Part shown: one piece after another, positions 38,818 to 51,879 of the stretch
How the letters are laid out: the number at the start of each line of letters is the position of its first letter
How positions within the stretch are numbered: position 1 is the stretch's first letter
Origin: Felis catus
Taxonomy: Eukaryota
Direction: 5' to 3'
Assembly (NCBI RefSeq): GCF_018350175.1
Contig: NC_058368.1
Location: 149,546,001-149,610,000, forward strand
Length of the DNA stretch: 64,000 nt
Notes under the pieces: model-generated
Told to the model about the DNA's origin: nothing
The model's input: only the letters and a program-made list of their open reading frames with translations
Databases searched by the model: none
Translations under genes and position numbers: made by a program

Positions 38818-39038
38818 GGAGCGCCTGACTGGCTCAGTCAGTTAAGCGGCCGACTTCGGCTCAAGTCATGATCTCATGGTCCGTGAGTTTGAGCCCCGTG
38901 TCGGGCTCTGTGCTGACAGCTCAGAGCCTGGAGCCTGTTTCGGATTCTGTGTCTCCCTCTCTCTGACCCTCCCCTGTTCATGCTCTGTCTCTCTCTATCT
39001 CAAAAAAATAAATAAACGTTAAAAAAATTAAAAAAAAA
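38818..39038 (+). mobile_element. CAN-SINE (SINEC_Fc-like)
   Basis: Perfect TSD aacagtgctgagga at 38804-38817 and 39039-39052. Confidence 0.95.
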
Positions 39039-39339
39039 AACAGTGCTGAGGATTCAGAAGAATAACAAATATTTTGATACCATGTTCTCTTGAAATAATG
39101 GATGTGAAATACCAGAAATACCTACCAGTAATAGAGGGTAAGACATGTTCTACAATATGGTGATAAGACTACAGATAAGCAAAAGATGTGTGGAAACCAA
39201 TTAGACAATAAATTTCATAATAAAAAAAAGCAAAAGATAACTGATATCACCTAGAAAGTCGAAAGGACACTGAAATATACCTAGTGTTGTTTTTTTTAAA
39301 GGTGAAAGAGGCCATTTCTTGTTTGTGTTGACATAAAAA

Positions 39340-40640
39340 TACATATAGATGAGTGGACTTAAGCACATCACTCAGTGCTTTGGCATAGAGTACTAACCTG
39401 CATAACCAGTTCTCAGACAAAACAAACAAACAAACAAACAAAAAACAGACACCCACCAATGGCCCTCATCATTCTGCCTTCCAGTCACTATACCATCAAA
39501 GCAAAAACACTGTCCTGTCTTTTAAACAGATACATTAATTTTTCTGGATTTCATACTTTATGTAAATGGAAACATAGGAAATACACTCTTTTGTAAGCTT
39601 CTTTCAGCAACATTATGTTTGTGGAAGTTATCTATACTTTGCTAAAGATGTAGATAACTCCTTCACATTTCTATTTAGTTATCGCTCTGGGTATCTACTC
39701 CTCTCTTCTATTACTGATTGACATTTTGGTAATACCCAGTTTTTATTATTATGAATAGTGTGCTATGAACATTCTGTTTAAAAAATGTACATGCAGGTTT
39801 ATCAAATAAACCTAGGAGTTGAATTACTTGTTGCTAGAATATTCATATGTTTTAAAACTGTACCCATTCATAATTTCACAAGCAGTGTTTGTTTGTTTGT
39901 TTATTTATATGAGAGTTCCAGTTTCCCATGTCCTCTTTTTCATTTTAGTCATGCTGGTAATTGTGAGCATTATCATAGCATACTGTGGAATTCATTTACC
40001 TTCCTCTTACAGCTAATGAATTGAAACATCTATAAGTTTACTGGCCATTGGGATACCCTAATTCACAAAGACTCTTCAAATCTTATCCATTTTTTATTGG
40101 CTTATCTCTCTTTTCCCTGTTGATTTATACAGGCTCTTTTTGACAAGTCCTTTGTCATATGGCTTGTGGATATTTTATCCCTGTCCATAGCTTTCCTTTT
40201 CGTTTTGTGTATGGTATCTTTAGATGACCAGAAATTCTCATATTTAATATAATAGATTTTTTCAAATTTTTTTCATGCTTAATACTTTTCATGTTCCACT
40301 TAAGATTTCTTTACCTACTTTAAGATCGCAAGAATGCACTTCTATGTTTCTCTCTAAAATTCCTCTTGTTTTACTTTGCACATTTATCTCAACAATCCAC
40401 CTAGACTTGACTTATGTACATGTAGTGAGGTAGGAGCCAAGGCACTTTTTTCTCTGTATAGCTATCTATTAAACATAGCACCATTTGTTTAAAAGATAAA
40501 GTATCCTTTCCCATATGTGTGGTGTTTTTGTCATAAACCAGGTGAACATACATGTAATGGTTTGTTTCTGAACTCTTTATTCTATTTGTAGATTATCCCT
40601 ACACCAAAATCATACAGTCTTAGTTATGTATTATAGGTAT
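39340..40640 (-). mobile_element. Old L1 (L1ME-like) 3' fragment
   Basis: Reverse-L1 blocks: ctttcagcaacattatgtttgtggaagttatc; tgaatagtgtgctatgaacattct; cctaggagttgaattact; agcaccatttgtttaaaaga. Confidence 0.8.
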
Positions 40641-41497
40641 ACTTTTAAGCATTTTTCCGTGGTTATGATGTTGGTATGTTTAAGGAATTCTATGGCAGAT
40701 GTGAACATGTGTGTGTGGGGGGAATGTTTGTGTGTGTGTGTGTGTGTGTGTGTGCATGTGTGTGTGGGTTTCACAGAGGTACCTTGGTTTTATTTTTTTA
40801 ATTATATAGCCAGTAACTTAATTATGAACTAATCAAGGTGCCAGATCCATAGTTTTAAATTTTTTTAAGTATATTTAAGAGAGAGAAAGTAACTTTTGAG
40901 TACTGGACTTCCACATGAAAATATATGATATATTGGATTAATATTAGCAAGGCTACCTATGATAAGTTTTTTCTAACACAGTGCAAAGCAGACTTCTTAT
41001 CTGGGTAATTGATGAAGGTCAATGATTTGTCCATTACAACAAATGGAGCCATAACCCTACCAAATAAAAACAAGTGGTCACATAATTAATTATACAGCTA
41101 ACTAAGATGGAAAAGATTTTAACTTGCTACAATGTATAAAATATTGCAACCTATTAATGATTCCATGTTCTACCAAGTTCTCTGTCAATTCTCATAATGA
41201 AATAAGAAAAAATTCATGAGATCAGTAGTTTAAACGACATCCAGTTTGAAAGGGCTCTCTTTTGTAAGTTAGGATTTAGACAATTGAATCACTTTTTTGA
41301 ATAAATCAAGAAAAGAATCCTGTTCAGGCAAAATCATAGGGGAGGGAGTTGAGGAGCTGAATTAACTCTTTTGATGGCTTATTGTAATTACATTTAATGA
41401 ATTTTATAATAATAAATAATAAATTATCAGTTGCTCACTTTAGTTTTTTTTTTTGGGGGGGGGGTAGACCCAGTTATAACATACCCTGGCATTTAAT

Positions 41498-41705
41498 GGG
41501 GCGCCTGGGTGACTGAGTCTGTTAAGCATAGGTCTTCATCTCAGGTCATGATCTCACAGTTCACAAGTTCGAGTGCTGTGTCAGGGCCTAGAGCTTGTTT
41601 CAGATTCTGTGTCGCCCTCTGTCTCTGCTCCTCTCCTGCTCATACTCTGTCTCTCTCTGTCTCAAAAAAAATAATAAAGAAAACATTTTTTTAAAAATTA
41701 AACAA
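41498..41705 (+). mobile_element. CAN-SINE
   Basis: Head ggggcgcctgggtgactgagtc. Flanking at(a/t)ccctggcattt repeats. Confidence 0.9.
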
Positions 41706-41744
41706 AAAATTCCCTGGCATTTCAAAAAAGTCAAATTAGAATGT

Positions 41745-42135
41745 TTGACATGGTCAGTTTCTACAGAAAACCCTGGCAGCAGCACCCGCAGTGCAGTGAG
41801 GGAAGTGGGTTTAGGCAAATGGAGCATTTAAATCTGTAATTCGAGGTATCGGTCAGTGACACTGGGACACCTCAGCTATGAGGTTGAGATGGCACCTCAG
41901 AGAAGTCTTCAATTGATAGAAGGGCTTAGGCCTTCGTATTTATGCACAGACCAGTGATTGGATGCAGAGTGCCCTAGAGAGGGGGTGGAACCATGGCCAA
42001 GGCAGTTTGTTTTGTTCAAGAGAAATTGCAGGGGAGAGATTCAACTCAGCCATCAGCAGGAACACTCCCAGCAGGTAGGGAGATGAATTTGTCACCCAGA
42101 CGGACTCTGGGTGATGAACGACAGCACCCACCATG
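41745..42135 (-). mobile_element. ERVL 3' LTR (LTR33/LTR16-like)
   Basis: gcagcacccgcagtgcagtgagggaagtggg; ccagtgattggatgcag; acagcacccacca. Directly adjacent to ERVL internal sequence. Confidence 0.65.
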
Positions 42136-44535
42136 GTTCAGCATGGCCCCTTTTGGATCCACTTGCTTTATATAATAAGTTTATCTCAGATATCGGTCCT
42201 CCAGGATTCTGCCTGGCCTCATTTCCTGGGAAAACTCAAAAAGAAAAAGGACGGTGGCACAAACTAAATGTCTGCCACCAGTTCCAGGATGAATATCATT
42301 TCCCTCCTGTATGATCGAGTCCAGGTTAATTATATCTTCAGCCAGTATGTCTGGTCTAGGGGAGTTATTTGGTGTGGTGACTTTCAGCTGTGAGGGCCTG
42401 AACTTTTGGAAACCATGCCCTTCTCATGTCACGGCTGTTGAACATGTCCACTTACTGTCAAAATCTGACAGAGGACTACCAATAGGCACACCAGTGCATC
42501 ATATGGGTCCAAATCTTAATCTTCCCTGACTCCATTGTAACAACAGCCATACCTCTTCCTAATCATCAAGTCGATCTTCCCTCCTAATGTAGTGAAAAAC
42601 AAACAAACAAACAAACAAACAAACCTAGAGTGACTGGGTAACAGCCATATTTTAAAATTTAATGAGATCTTGCTGTTTCCTGATGAAAGCATTCCTTTCT
42701 GAGTATCAAAATCTCTAGAACTACATGATCTAGAGTTGCAGTCGCAGAAAGCACAAATTTCCCAAGTGGATCACTGAGATAATGTAAACCTACTTCTTCT
42801 ATCAGCTGGTTCCAAGCTCCATGTATTCTACCCGTGAGGGACATGTGGCCATTACTTAGGGTATATCCTGCCCTGAAAGGATGACACCTTACCTTTGCAA
42901 GGGATCACTTATAAGCTGATGAATCAAGTATGCCAAAGGCATATCAAAATGCATTTCTAGGGATGGGAATGGGCAGTGAATGTAAGCTGACATGAGGTTT
43001 CTTTTTGTGGTGATAAAAATGTTCTAAATTAGGTTGTAGTCATGCTTGTGCAATCTGTAAATACCCTGAAATTAATTGAGTTGCATACTTAAAATGAGTG
43101 ATTTTAATGGTATATAAATTATATCTCAATCCAACTTGTTTTTTTAAGGCAGTTCTACCCCTTTATCACGTTAACAACTCCTCCTTGGCATGGTATATGA
43201 TAGAACCAATGAATTCCATGTTCACAATTCCCACTACCACACTCCTTGTCTGTAAAGTGCATTCTTTGAATATTACACTAGATACTTTGTTTCGGATCAA
43301 GTACTCTGTTCACTTTCCCATCGTGATGCTGGCTGAAGCCATATACACAGAGAAGATAAACCAGAATATGTGTCTATTTCTGTCAAGATTATTCTCTCTC
43401 CATCCAGGATTGAAGGGGTCCAATGTGTGAAGTTGCCATGTCAGGGACTCACCCTTGACCTCTGTTGCTAGCAGGTTGAACACTGAACAATAGCGGGAGC
43501 TGTATCAGTCTTGGTAAGAGGGAGGCCACACTACTGAGCCCACACATAGCTCCATCACTGCTGTCCTGGTTATGCTGTGAATGCATTACATTGTGCTAGC
43601 ACATGGTTGGTCAATGACAGAAACTGATTTATCTACTTAATTTTTTTTAGTGCTTCCTCCATGTTGGACAATGAATGCCAACATTGATAAAAAAAATCTT
43701 CACAGTTTATGGCCGTAGGTCTTTTAAGGCTTTTAAGTTCATCCCCAAGAGCTCAAACCTCTTCCAGTCATTCTTCTTCCATGCCCCAGACCAACCAGCC
43801 CAGAAATTTCCATTGACTCTAAGTTCATATATATTTTTGTCTCAAGACTATAGTTTTGTCTGTTGGAAGGATTTCCCCCTCTCCCACTGTTTTTCTGGGT
43901 CACCTCAAGTGGGTTTGTAGTGTACTGGTAATACATTACTCACTTGCACAATATAGTGAGCCAACCCATCCATGAACCAAGCTTCACCTTTATCCTTCTC
44001 TGTCAGAGTCATGAACATTTTCCCCACCCCCCAGAGCAGCTACAGTAGTTATTTGAGGGAGAGGCGCTCATAGAACAGCAGTGGATTTCATGGAAGGTTG
44101 AGCCACACATTTATGTAGCTTACTGTGTTCTCTTGCCCTTCTCATGACTAATCCCACATATGCCTTTTCCATCTTATGATGATCTGATTTAGTGGGTATG
44201 ACAGAAGCCAGCTTATGATAGAAAGTTCTGGCTACAGGGCCACTTGGTCTCCATTGTCAGGAGCTCGGTCTTTAATAAAGTCTGGTAAACACAACAGGAA
44301 CTATTTTGATGCTCAGATAGCAGGCCCTGCTCCAGAAACTCTAGGGGGTCTACACTGTAGTTATCCTACTGGAGATGGCCATCAACTTCACACAGCATCT
44401 TGCCTACCACAGATGCCTCTAATATCACAGGATCTGACAAGTCTTATGGCCCGGGTGTGAAGGCTTCTAGTTCCTCTGCCTGGACCTGCAACAAGCCCTC
44501 TGTACTCTAGGCCCCACTCAACTCTGGCAGAGAAA
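42136..44535 (-). mobile_element. ERVL (class III) internal pol remnant: RT connection, RNase H, integrase
   Basis: EWG..QVQA..P*DLSDPVILEASV (~44520-44400); WFMDG and AGWSGAWKKNDW (~43980-43765); ORF 42659..42844 RIHGAWNQ..SDPLGKFVL..ATL..LEIL. Confidence 0.8.
42960..43130 (+). mobile_element. L1MB-like 3' terminus inserted in ERVL
   Basis: gaggtttctttttgtggtgataaaaatgttctaaatt ... atggtatataaattatatctcaat. Confidence 0.8.
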
Positions 44536-44876
44536 GGTGTGCACACACTTCCTGGCATGTGTATATGAAGTGTCTGACTTAAGAAGAATCATCACTGAAT
44601 TTGAATGTAGCCAGGATCTTAAAAGCTAACTTGATCAAATACCTCATTTTGAAGATAATAAATTAAATACCAAAACTTCAAATATCTACTCCCACGTCAC
44701 ACAATTAGCTTGTGGCTGAGCTGAAACACACTTTAGGTTCTTAGATGGCAGGCAACCATCGGCATTTCTGCAGATTTCACCCCACTCAATAATGGAGCTC
44801 TCCAAATAATCCAATGGAAAAAAATTTTTCCTGATTTTCTTGAATTGATACTTGACTTTAAGACTATATGTTTCCA

Positions 44877-45095
44877 GGGACACCTGAGTGTCTCAGGCAG
44901 TTAAGCGTCCAACTTCGGCTCAGGTCATGGTCTCACGATTCATGAGTTTCAGCCTCATGTCGGGCTCTGGGCCGACAGCTCAGAGCCTGGAGCCCACTTC
45001 AGATTCTGTGTCTCCCTCTGTCTGCCCCTCCTCTGCTTGCACTCTGTCTCTCGCATTGTCTCAAAAATAAATAAACATTAAAAAAAATTTTTTTA
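44877..45095 (+). mobile_element. CAN-SINE
   Basis: TSD aagact(a/g)tatgtttcc at 44860-44875 and 45096-45111. Confidence 0.95.
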
Positions 45096-45329
45096 AAGAC
45101 TGTATGTTTCCTTTTCCCTTGTTTTAAAATACTCCTCACACCCCAGACTGTTTGTTGAATCCTATATTTGTGTCCCCATTCTATCCCTTTGCTAGGTGAG
45201 CCCTGTTCAACAACTACCTGCTGAGATGCCTTCTCCAGGTCTCTCTTCCCCCAGCAGCAGCAGTGCCTGCCAGTTCTCCCCAGTATGTCTGTGCAACCCC
45301 TACCCTGGCCTCTGCTGCAGACACTTGTT

Positions 45330-45545
45330 TTCACAATGGGTACACTGTCAGAGTAGTAATTTATGTAAAGTGTTCATTGATACGTTCTTCTTTTCTATTT
45401 TCCGGGTGGCCTTCTACCAATTTGGGCAGTTAGACAAGAGGGTACCCATTGTTAGAGAATTGTTAATAAGTAAACTAGAAAACAAAATATCTAATATCAC
45501 GGCTTTTAAAATCAAAACTTGAGTTCTCAAGGAGATTCTGGAAAT
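45330..45545 (+). mobile_element. Ancient RTE-clade LINE relic, endonuclease C-terminus
   Basis: ORF 45196..45522 HCQSSNLCKVFIDTFF ... LLISKLENKISNITAF (cf. FC..NNL.I.NTFF ... ILI....I.DV.AF). Confidence 0.55.
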
Positions 45546-46027
45546 ATGATGACCTGAACAAAGTTCTTTTTATTTCTACCACCAGTTCCAAGCAGCTCCA
45601 AACTGCTCAATTATAAAAACTGCTTGGGCTCCTGGAAATCTGGGAGGAAATGAAGGTGTCAGCTTGGAGCCTGTCCCTAAGGAGAAAATTGGAGTAGTGT
45701 TCCCCAGGGTCTCCTCCTCCTGTTCACTCAGTGAACACCTGAAGAAGAGTTTTGAAATGTTAGGGTGAGGATCACAAGGAAACAGACCCTTGAAATAGCT
45801 TACCTCACAGAGATCTATGAGCGGGTCCACTCAGCGATGGGTGGACTGAGTCCTTGCTTCTCCCAAGGTTAAGAGGGTATGAGGAGATCAGCAAACACAG
45901 ATGATTCTTCAGCCACTCCATGCCACTGGCTCAGGGCAGAGGTTCACTTCACTTTTCACCACCAGTAGGACCCCTACCACTAACAGTTTGACAGCCAAAG
46001 AGCCAACAAATTAAAAATAACAATCCA

Positions 46028-46165
46028 GGGTGCCTGGGTGGCTTAGTCGTAAAGCATCTGACTTTGCCTCAGGTCATGATCTCAGTTGTGAGTTTCAGTC
46101 CCACATTGGGTGAGCTCCAGCTCCACTTCGGGTGAATACAAGCCCTGCTTTAGATAAAACATGAG

Positions 46166-46231
<66 letters not shown>

Positions 46232-46300
46232 TCCCCTCCCCTTGCCCCTCCTGGGATTCTCTCTCTCTGCCCGCACTCACTTGTGCTCTCTCCCTCAAAA

Positions 46301-46347
<47 letters not shown>

Positions 46348-46402
46348 AATAAAATATACAGACAAACAATACAATACAATACAATACAATACAATACAAT
46401 AC
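46028..46402 (+). mobile_element. Atypical CAN-SINE variant with compound microsatellite tail
   Basis: Normal head, then gggtgagctccagctccacttcgggtgaatacaagccctgcttt, a long (CT)n, and an (AAAT)n+(ACAAT)n tail. Flanking aacaatcca repeats. Confidence 0.9.
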
Positions 46403-46979
46403 AAAACAATCCAACAAATGGGCTAACAACCAGAGTGTGCTCAAGTCAGAATAAACAGAATACATAGCCTATAGAATGACTGAAGGAGACAGGTGACAAC
46501 TTTAACAGAAAAATTATAAGAGCAATTAAGGAGTTCAAGGATACCTTCCCTAAGGAATCTGCCAGTCACAAGTTGGGGATGCTAAAACACAGCCTAGGGT
46601 TTCATTGAAAGGGCAAGACACTCAGCAATCCCTTTGCATTATTTTCAGTTCATGAACAATTTTTCTAAAAACAAACAAACAAAAAATAAAGATTAGGATG
46701 GAAGGACTAAAAGTAAATCAGTGTATATAAAATATACACTATTAAAAGACTGAATTGGTCAATAAAATTAGTCTCTTAGAATTAAAAACCTAACGCCAGC
46801 TGTGCCATATACGAAAAAAGGGCGCTTAACATAAAGTTCTTTCAAAAATGATTGAAAACAAAAGATTGGCTACTTAATTATTAGGCAAATAAAAAGAAAG
46901 TAGGCGTGGTTAAATGAATGCCAGATATGGTTTCCTTTAAAGTGTTAAATATCTTTTCAGGAAATTTAGAAAAGTTTCT

Positions 46980-47000
46980 TTTTTTTTTAAGTTTATTTAT

Positions 47001-47031
<31 letters not shown>

Positions 47032-47042
47032 GAGGGAGAGAG

Positions 47043-47096
<54 letters not shown>

Positions 47097-47262
47097 CACG
47101 TGCTTGCGCACGTATGCAAGCAGGGGAGGGGCAGAGACAAAGGAGAAAAAGAGAGTGGAGACTCTTTTTCAGGGTGGAGCCTAATGTGGGGCTCCATCTC
47201 ATGAACTGTGAGATCGTGACCAAGAGTCGGAAGCTGAACTAACTGAGCCACCCAGGCGTCCC
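46980..47262 (-). mobile_element. CAN-SINE with internal (TG)n
   Basis: TSD tcagg(a/c)aatttaga at 46957-46970 and 47263-47276. Confidence 0.9.
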
Positions 47263-47559
47263 TCAGGCAATTTAGATATAAGCATGTGTCAGAGTTTTAC
47301 TTCAAACTCGCTGCAGTTCCTCCTTTGCACAGAGAATATACACTTTTCATATTTGTAATATTTCATTTTATTTGTAAAATAATTAGTACATCCATAAAGA
47401 TGAAGGGGTTGAATAAAAGTGTAATACCGAGTGACCAGAAAAGATTATCAGACAGAACTCTTTTATTCTGCCTTCCATGACAATTCCCTGGGATTAAGAT
47501 CCCAGGAACTGGAGAGAAACAAGAACCTTAGAGGAGAAACAGAGCAAAGCATTTCATTT

Positions 47560-48380
47560 GTTTCTCTACTCCCGTAAACTACCCCCAGCTAAACTGGAGG
47601 TAAGACCAGGCAGGGGCATGAATCAGTAATGGCTGCAGCAATCCCACGCAGGAGCTGACATGGGCCTCGCTGGTTCATCTGGAAATTCGGAGTTGACAGC
47701 TTCACCAGTATCATTAGTTCCACGTGGCATGAAAGCCCGAGAACTCTGGCAGGTGCAGGGTGGTGTCAGAAAGAGAACGAATGGTAGCTGAAGTTTGGAA
47801 CCCTTTGGAATTTCAGGGATTTGCAGAAGAGGGCGCTGTGGCTATGGGGGAGTGTTTGAAAATTGGCTGAGAAAGAAATCAGGCATGTTTGCAGAGATCT
47901 CTCTGAGGAGGAAAAAAGATTTTTATCCTTCTGAGGCAAAAGATGAGGGGTGAACCACCTACAGAAGAATTATTTGATTTCATGACATGAGGAAGAACAT
48001 GACTGAGGGACAGTGAAATGAGTTACTTTTCAAAGGACGTCCGCACAGAAACAAGACTGATGAGTATCCCTTCCTAACTGATGGCTTATGAATTTTTCTG
48101 TAAGACTGCCTGCCAGCACAAACACTACCAACAGAGGTAAAATCAACCCCAGGGAAGAGAGGATGGATAAAGAAAAAACAGTCCCAGGTTTCACTTTTTC
48201 ATCATGAAGTCGTGGAGATATCAGTTGAATTTCACTGAATTTACAAACGTGTATCTAGGGTAGTTTTCCCACATGAGGCAGAATGGGGATCTCAGAACGA
48301 GAAGTAAAATAGAAAAAAAAAATTTAAGTTACATTTTACATGCTTGTACTTATGCTTTGTGAAATTCTACCTGTTATACC
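47560..48380 (+). mobile_element. Ancient Gypsy-like solo LTR (MamGypLTR-like)
   Basis: 3' end ggcagaatggggatctcag..aagttacattttacatgcttg..tgtgaaattctacctgttatac resembles the MamGypLTR1 terminus (from memory). Confidence 0.55.
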
Positions 48381-48639
48381 CTATTTTTACAAAATTTTCT
48401 ACCCTGCAACCATTGTTCATGGACTTATTATGTTCTGTGATTTGGCCTGTTTTCTAAAGAGGCATATTTAATCATACACAGGCATAATCTAATTATATGC
48501 AGCTAGAAAATTCCAAAAAGGAAGAAATGTACTTTAGTGAAAAAAAATTCAAAACTCAAATAAATACTGAAAATTTACTAGATTTAGGAATTAGGAAGTC
48601 ATTTTTTACCTTGTTAAAAATAGCATTTACTACAGATAA

Positions 48640-48830
48640 GTATTATGTAATTTACATGGATTATCTCATTTTCTTGACCCCAAAATTCTATGAGAATGGT
48701 TATTATTACTAACCCCATTTTGAAGATGAGGAAACTGAAGTACAGAGAATTAAGGAAGCTCTCGGGGTCACACAAAGGGTGACTGAGCCAAGTGTCTAGC
48801 CCAGCACTCTGAATCACACACTGTATCAGC
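48640..48830 (-). mobile_element. MIR
   Basis: ccccattttgaagatgaggaaactgaagtacagagaattaagg..ggtcacaca. Confidence 0.8.
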
Positions 48831-48889
48831 ACATCAATTATAAGAGTCAGCTGTCAGGTAGAAATCATCTTACACCGCTAAAATCTAAA

Positions 48890-49362
48890 CAAAAAGCAGA
48901 GACTTAAACCAGAAGTTTGAAGGGTTGTTTTTTTTTTTTTTTTCTGGAAGTCCAAAGGCAAGAAAACTAGGAATGTAGTAAAGTAAGGTAACTTCACCTG
49001 TCATCACAAACTGTGCTTTTATCTTTTTTTAACTTTCTGTTCCCTGGTTACTACAGAAGACTCTCATCCTCATGCTCTCAAGGGGTCTGCCATAGCTCCA
49101 AGCACCAGGCTGGCATTTCAGGCAGGTTAGAAGGGAAGAACAAAGGGTGAAAAGAGCCCTGCTTCATGAGTCAACCCATTTTAATGAACTCAGTAGTTTC
49201 TTCTTATATCCAATTGGCAAAACTCATCACATGATCACTTCTAACTGCAAGGGACTCTGGGAATCATAATAGGTTGCATTGCTACCTTGGATAAAATTAG
49301 GATTCTATTAGTAGGAATAGAAATGATACATGTTAGGTGGACAACCAGTAGTGTCTTCCAGA
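48890..49362 (-). mobile_element. MLT1-type MaLR LTR
   Basis: ttcttatatccaattggcaaaac..tcacatgatcacttctaactgcaagggactctgggaa; aaattaggattctattagtagg. Confidence 0.7.
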
Positions 49363-50109
49363 AGTGGCGTCAGTGGGCTGGAACTCAAAGTGATGGGGAC
49401 ACAGAAGTGATTTTAAGTGAAGCAAATAATGTATTTAGATTTTCCATTACTTTTATTTAGCAATTGCTACAAATTTAACTAAAACATGTACATGTACTTT
49501 TTTTTCTATATTTTGGCCTACGGTCATACCTTTCCTCAGAGTATGCACCCACTGATTATAATTTTGCTGCATCTTTCTTGTATTTTTCATACCCATAATA
49601 CAACATCTCTTTTCTTATTTGTTTAAAATGAAAAAAAAAAGTTATAATTGAAGTGCAAAGTTATAAGCAAGTACTTAACTCCAGATTTCCAGAGCTTTTC
49701 TCCATCTTTTACAGTTGTTTTTCCTATACATAAATCAATAACAAATTTTCAGTCCATTTTTATTGCTTGTTTTCCAAAATATTTGAATTATTTTTCTAGA
49801 AATAATAGCTTTTTTTGTACACATTTCTTGATTCATAAGTTATTTAAATTACATAATTATATAGCAAATGCAATGGCCTATGTTCCTGCACACAACTCTA
49901 CTGGAGCTAGCAGGAAATAGGGACATGCGAGACAGCAGCCTACGAGCTACTCTCATTTTGCTTGCCCTGTGTATTAATATGTTTTATAGAGGAGATGGAC
50001 AGTGTTAGTTAATCCACGGTTTTTTAATTGGCATTCGAAAAAATAGAACTCTTATGCAGTTACATTATTTACTTCTGGGCCGGTTTCTAAGTCCTTATGA
50101 AAATGGTTG

Positions 50110-51160
50110 ACTTTTTAAAAATTGTGGAAATATAATTGACTTCCAAAAACCTGTACACATTTAATGTCTCCATGTTCATGGGTTTGAAGATAAGCGTACG
50201 TCTGTAAAACTGTCACCATAAACAGTGCTATACACTTACCGCCTCTACATGTTTCCCCCTCCCAGTATTTTTTTGGGATGAGAACATTTTAATGTAAGAT
50301 CAACCCTCTTAAAAAATGTTTCGGTATACACTATTGTATTAACTACACATACGGTGCTGCTCAGTAGCTCTCTAGGATTGACTCATTTTGTAAAACTGAA
50401 ACTTTGTACCCTTTGACAAACACTCCCCTGATTCCTTCTCCTTGGATAGTCCCTGGTAAGCACCATTCTGCTCTCTGCTTCTGTAAATTCGACATAGATT
50501 GCTCTTATCAGTCGTGTCACGAAGCAGTTGTTTTTCTGTATCTGGCCTCTTTCACTTAGCCTAGTGTCCTCCAGGTTCATCCACGTTGTCTCAAATAACT
50601 GGATTTCCTCCTTTCTAAACGCCAAATAATATTCCATTGTACGTATATACCACATTTTCTTTATCCACTCATCTGTAGATGGACATTTAGGTTGTTAACA
50701 AGGCTTTATAATTCTAAATAGTGCTGCAATGAACATGCAAATGCAGATATCTCTTTTGAGTTCTTGATTTCTGTTCTTTTCGGTATATACTAAGAAGTGG
50801 GATTGCTAGATCATATTTTGAATTTTTTAGGGGCCTCCATACTGTTTTCCATAGTGGTTCCACCGATTTACATTCCCAGCAATGGTATTAGGGTTCCTTT
50901 TCCCCCACAGTCTCGAAGATACTTGTCTTTTGAGTTTTTGAGAATAGCCATCTTAACACGTGTGGGGTGATACCTCCTTGCAGTTTTGATTTACATTTTC
51001 CCGATGATTAGTGATGCTGAGCACCTTTTCATATACCTTTTGGCCATTTGTGTGTCTTCATAAAGAAAAGTCTATTCAGGTCTTTCACCCATTTTCACAA
51101 TTGGATTATCACTTTTGTTGCTCTTGAGTTATAGGAGTTCTTTATATTTTGGATATTTAC
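50110..51160 (-). mobile_element. L1 (L1MA-like) ORF2 end and 3' UTR
   Basis: ORF 50383..50655 MWYIRTMEYYLA..FETTWMNLED; ccacattttcttatccactcatctgtagatggacatttaggttg. Confidence 0.9.
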
Positions 51161-51176
51161 CCTTTCTTTATCTTCT

Positions 51177-51212
51177 AAAAAAAATTTTAATGTTTATTTT
51201 ATTTTTGAAAGG

Positions 51213-51265
<53 letters not shown>

Positions 51266-51425
51266 GGGAGGAGCAGAGAGAGAGACACACACACAGAATC
51301 CAAAGCAGACTCCAGGCTCTGAGCTGTCAGCACAGAACCCAATGCAGGGCTTGAACCCATGAACTGTGAGATCATGACCTGAACCAAACTTGGACACTTA
51401 AGCGACTGAGCCCCCAAGGCATCCC
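51177..51425 (-). mobile_element. CAN-SINE
   Basis: TSD taccctttcttt(a/c)tcttc at 51158-51175 and 51427-51444. Confidence 0.95.
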
Positions 51426-51879
51426 ATACCCTTTCTTTCTCTTCCATAAGTGAATGTCAGTCACTCTGAAAAACGCTAAATATTTAGAGATATGAATTGT
51501 TAGCTTCTAGGAAAAAATAGAAATTGTGAAATAAGTCAGCCGGGGTATTTATTTCATGTGAAAAATGATAAATATTTAGAAACAAGTGTTAGGTTCAAAG
51601 ATTTTATTAATATTCAAATGCTTGCTTTTCATGTTTAATGTTTACCCTCTTACAAGTTTAGAAATTCATGCTAATATGATCATGTAAGAAAATGATGTGA
51701 ACAATAAGTAATGTGTTCTGATCAGTGTCACAGGTACCTTCTTTCCACCAGCTTGAGCTCCTAAAGGGCTTGACTTCTCAGATCACTTTGTTAGCTAATA
51801 ATATGAATAGAAAATCAATTATACTTCAATGTCATAAATGGATAGAATCAAAATCCACACACACAATTATTGAATCTAG

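Larger units (their letters stand above)
37210..41300 (+). mobile_element. Ancient RTE-clade LINE relic(s): EN at ~37210-38300 and RT C-term at ~40890-41300
   Basis: GNWTL; GKGE...EQ.FVICVAK; LINAVCRP; DCKLLR; then YIGLNISKAT, SITTNGA..QIKTS. Continuity across the intervening insertions is inferred. Confidence 0.4.
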
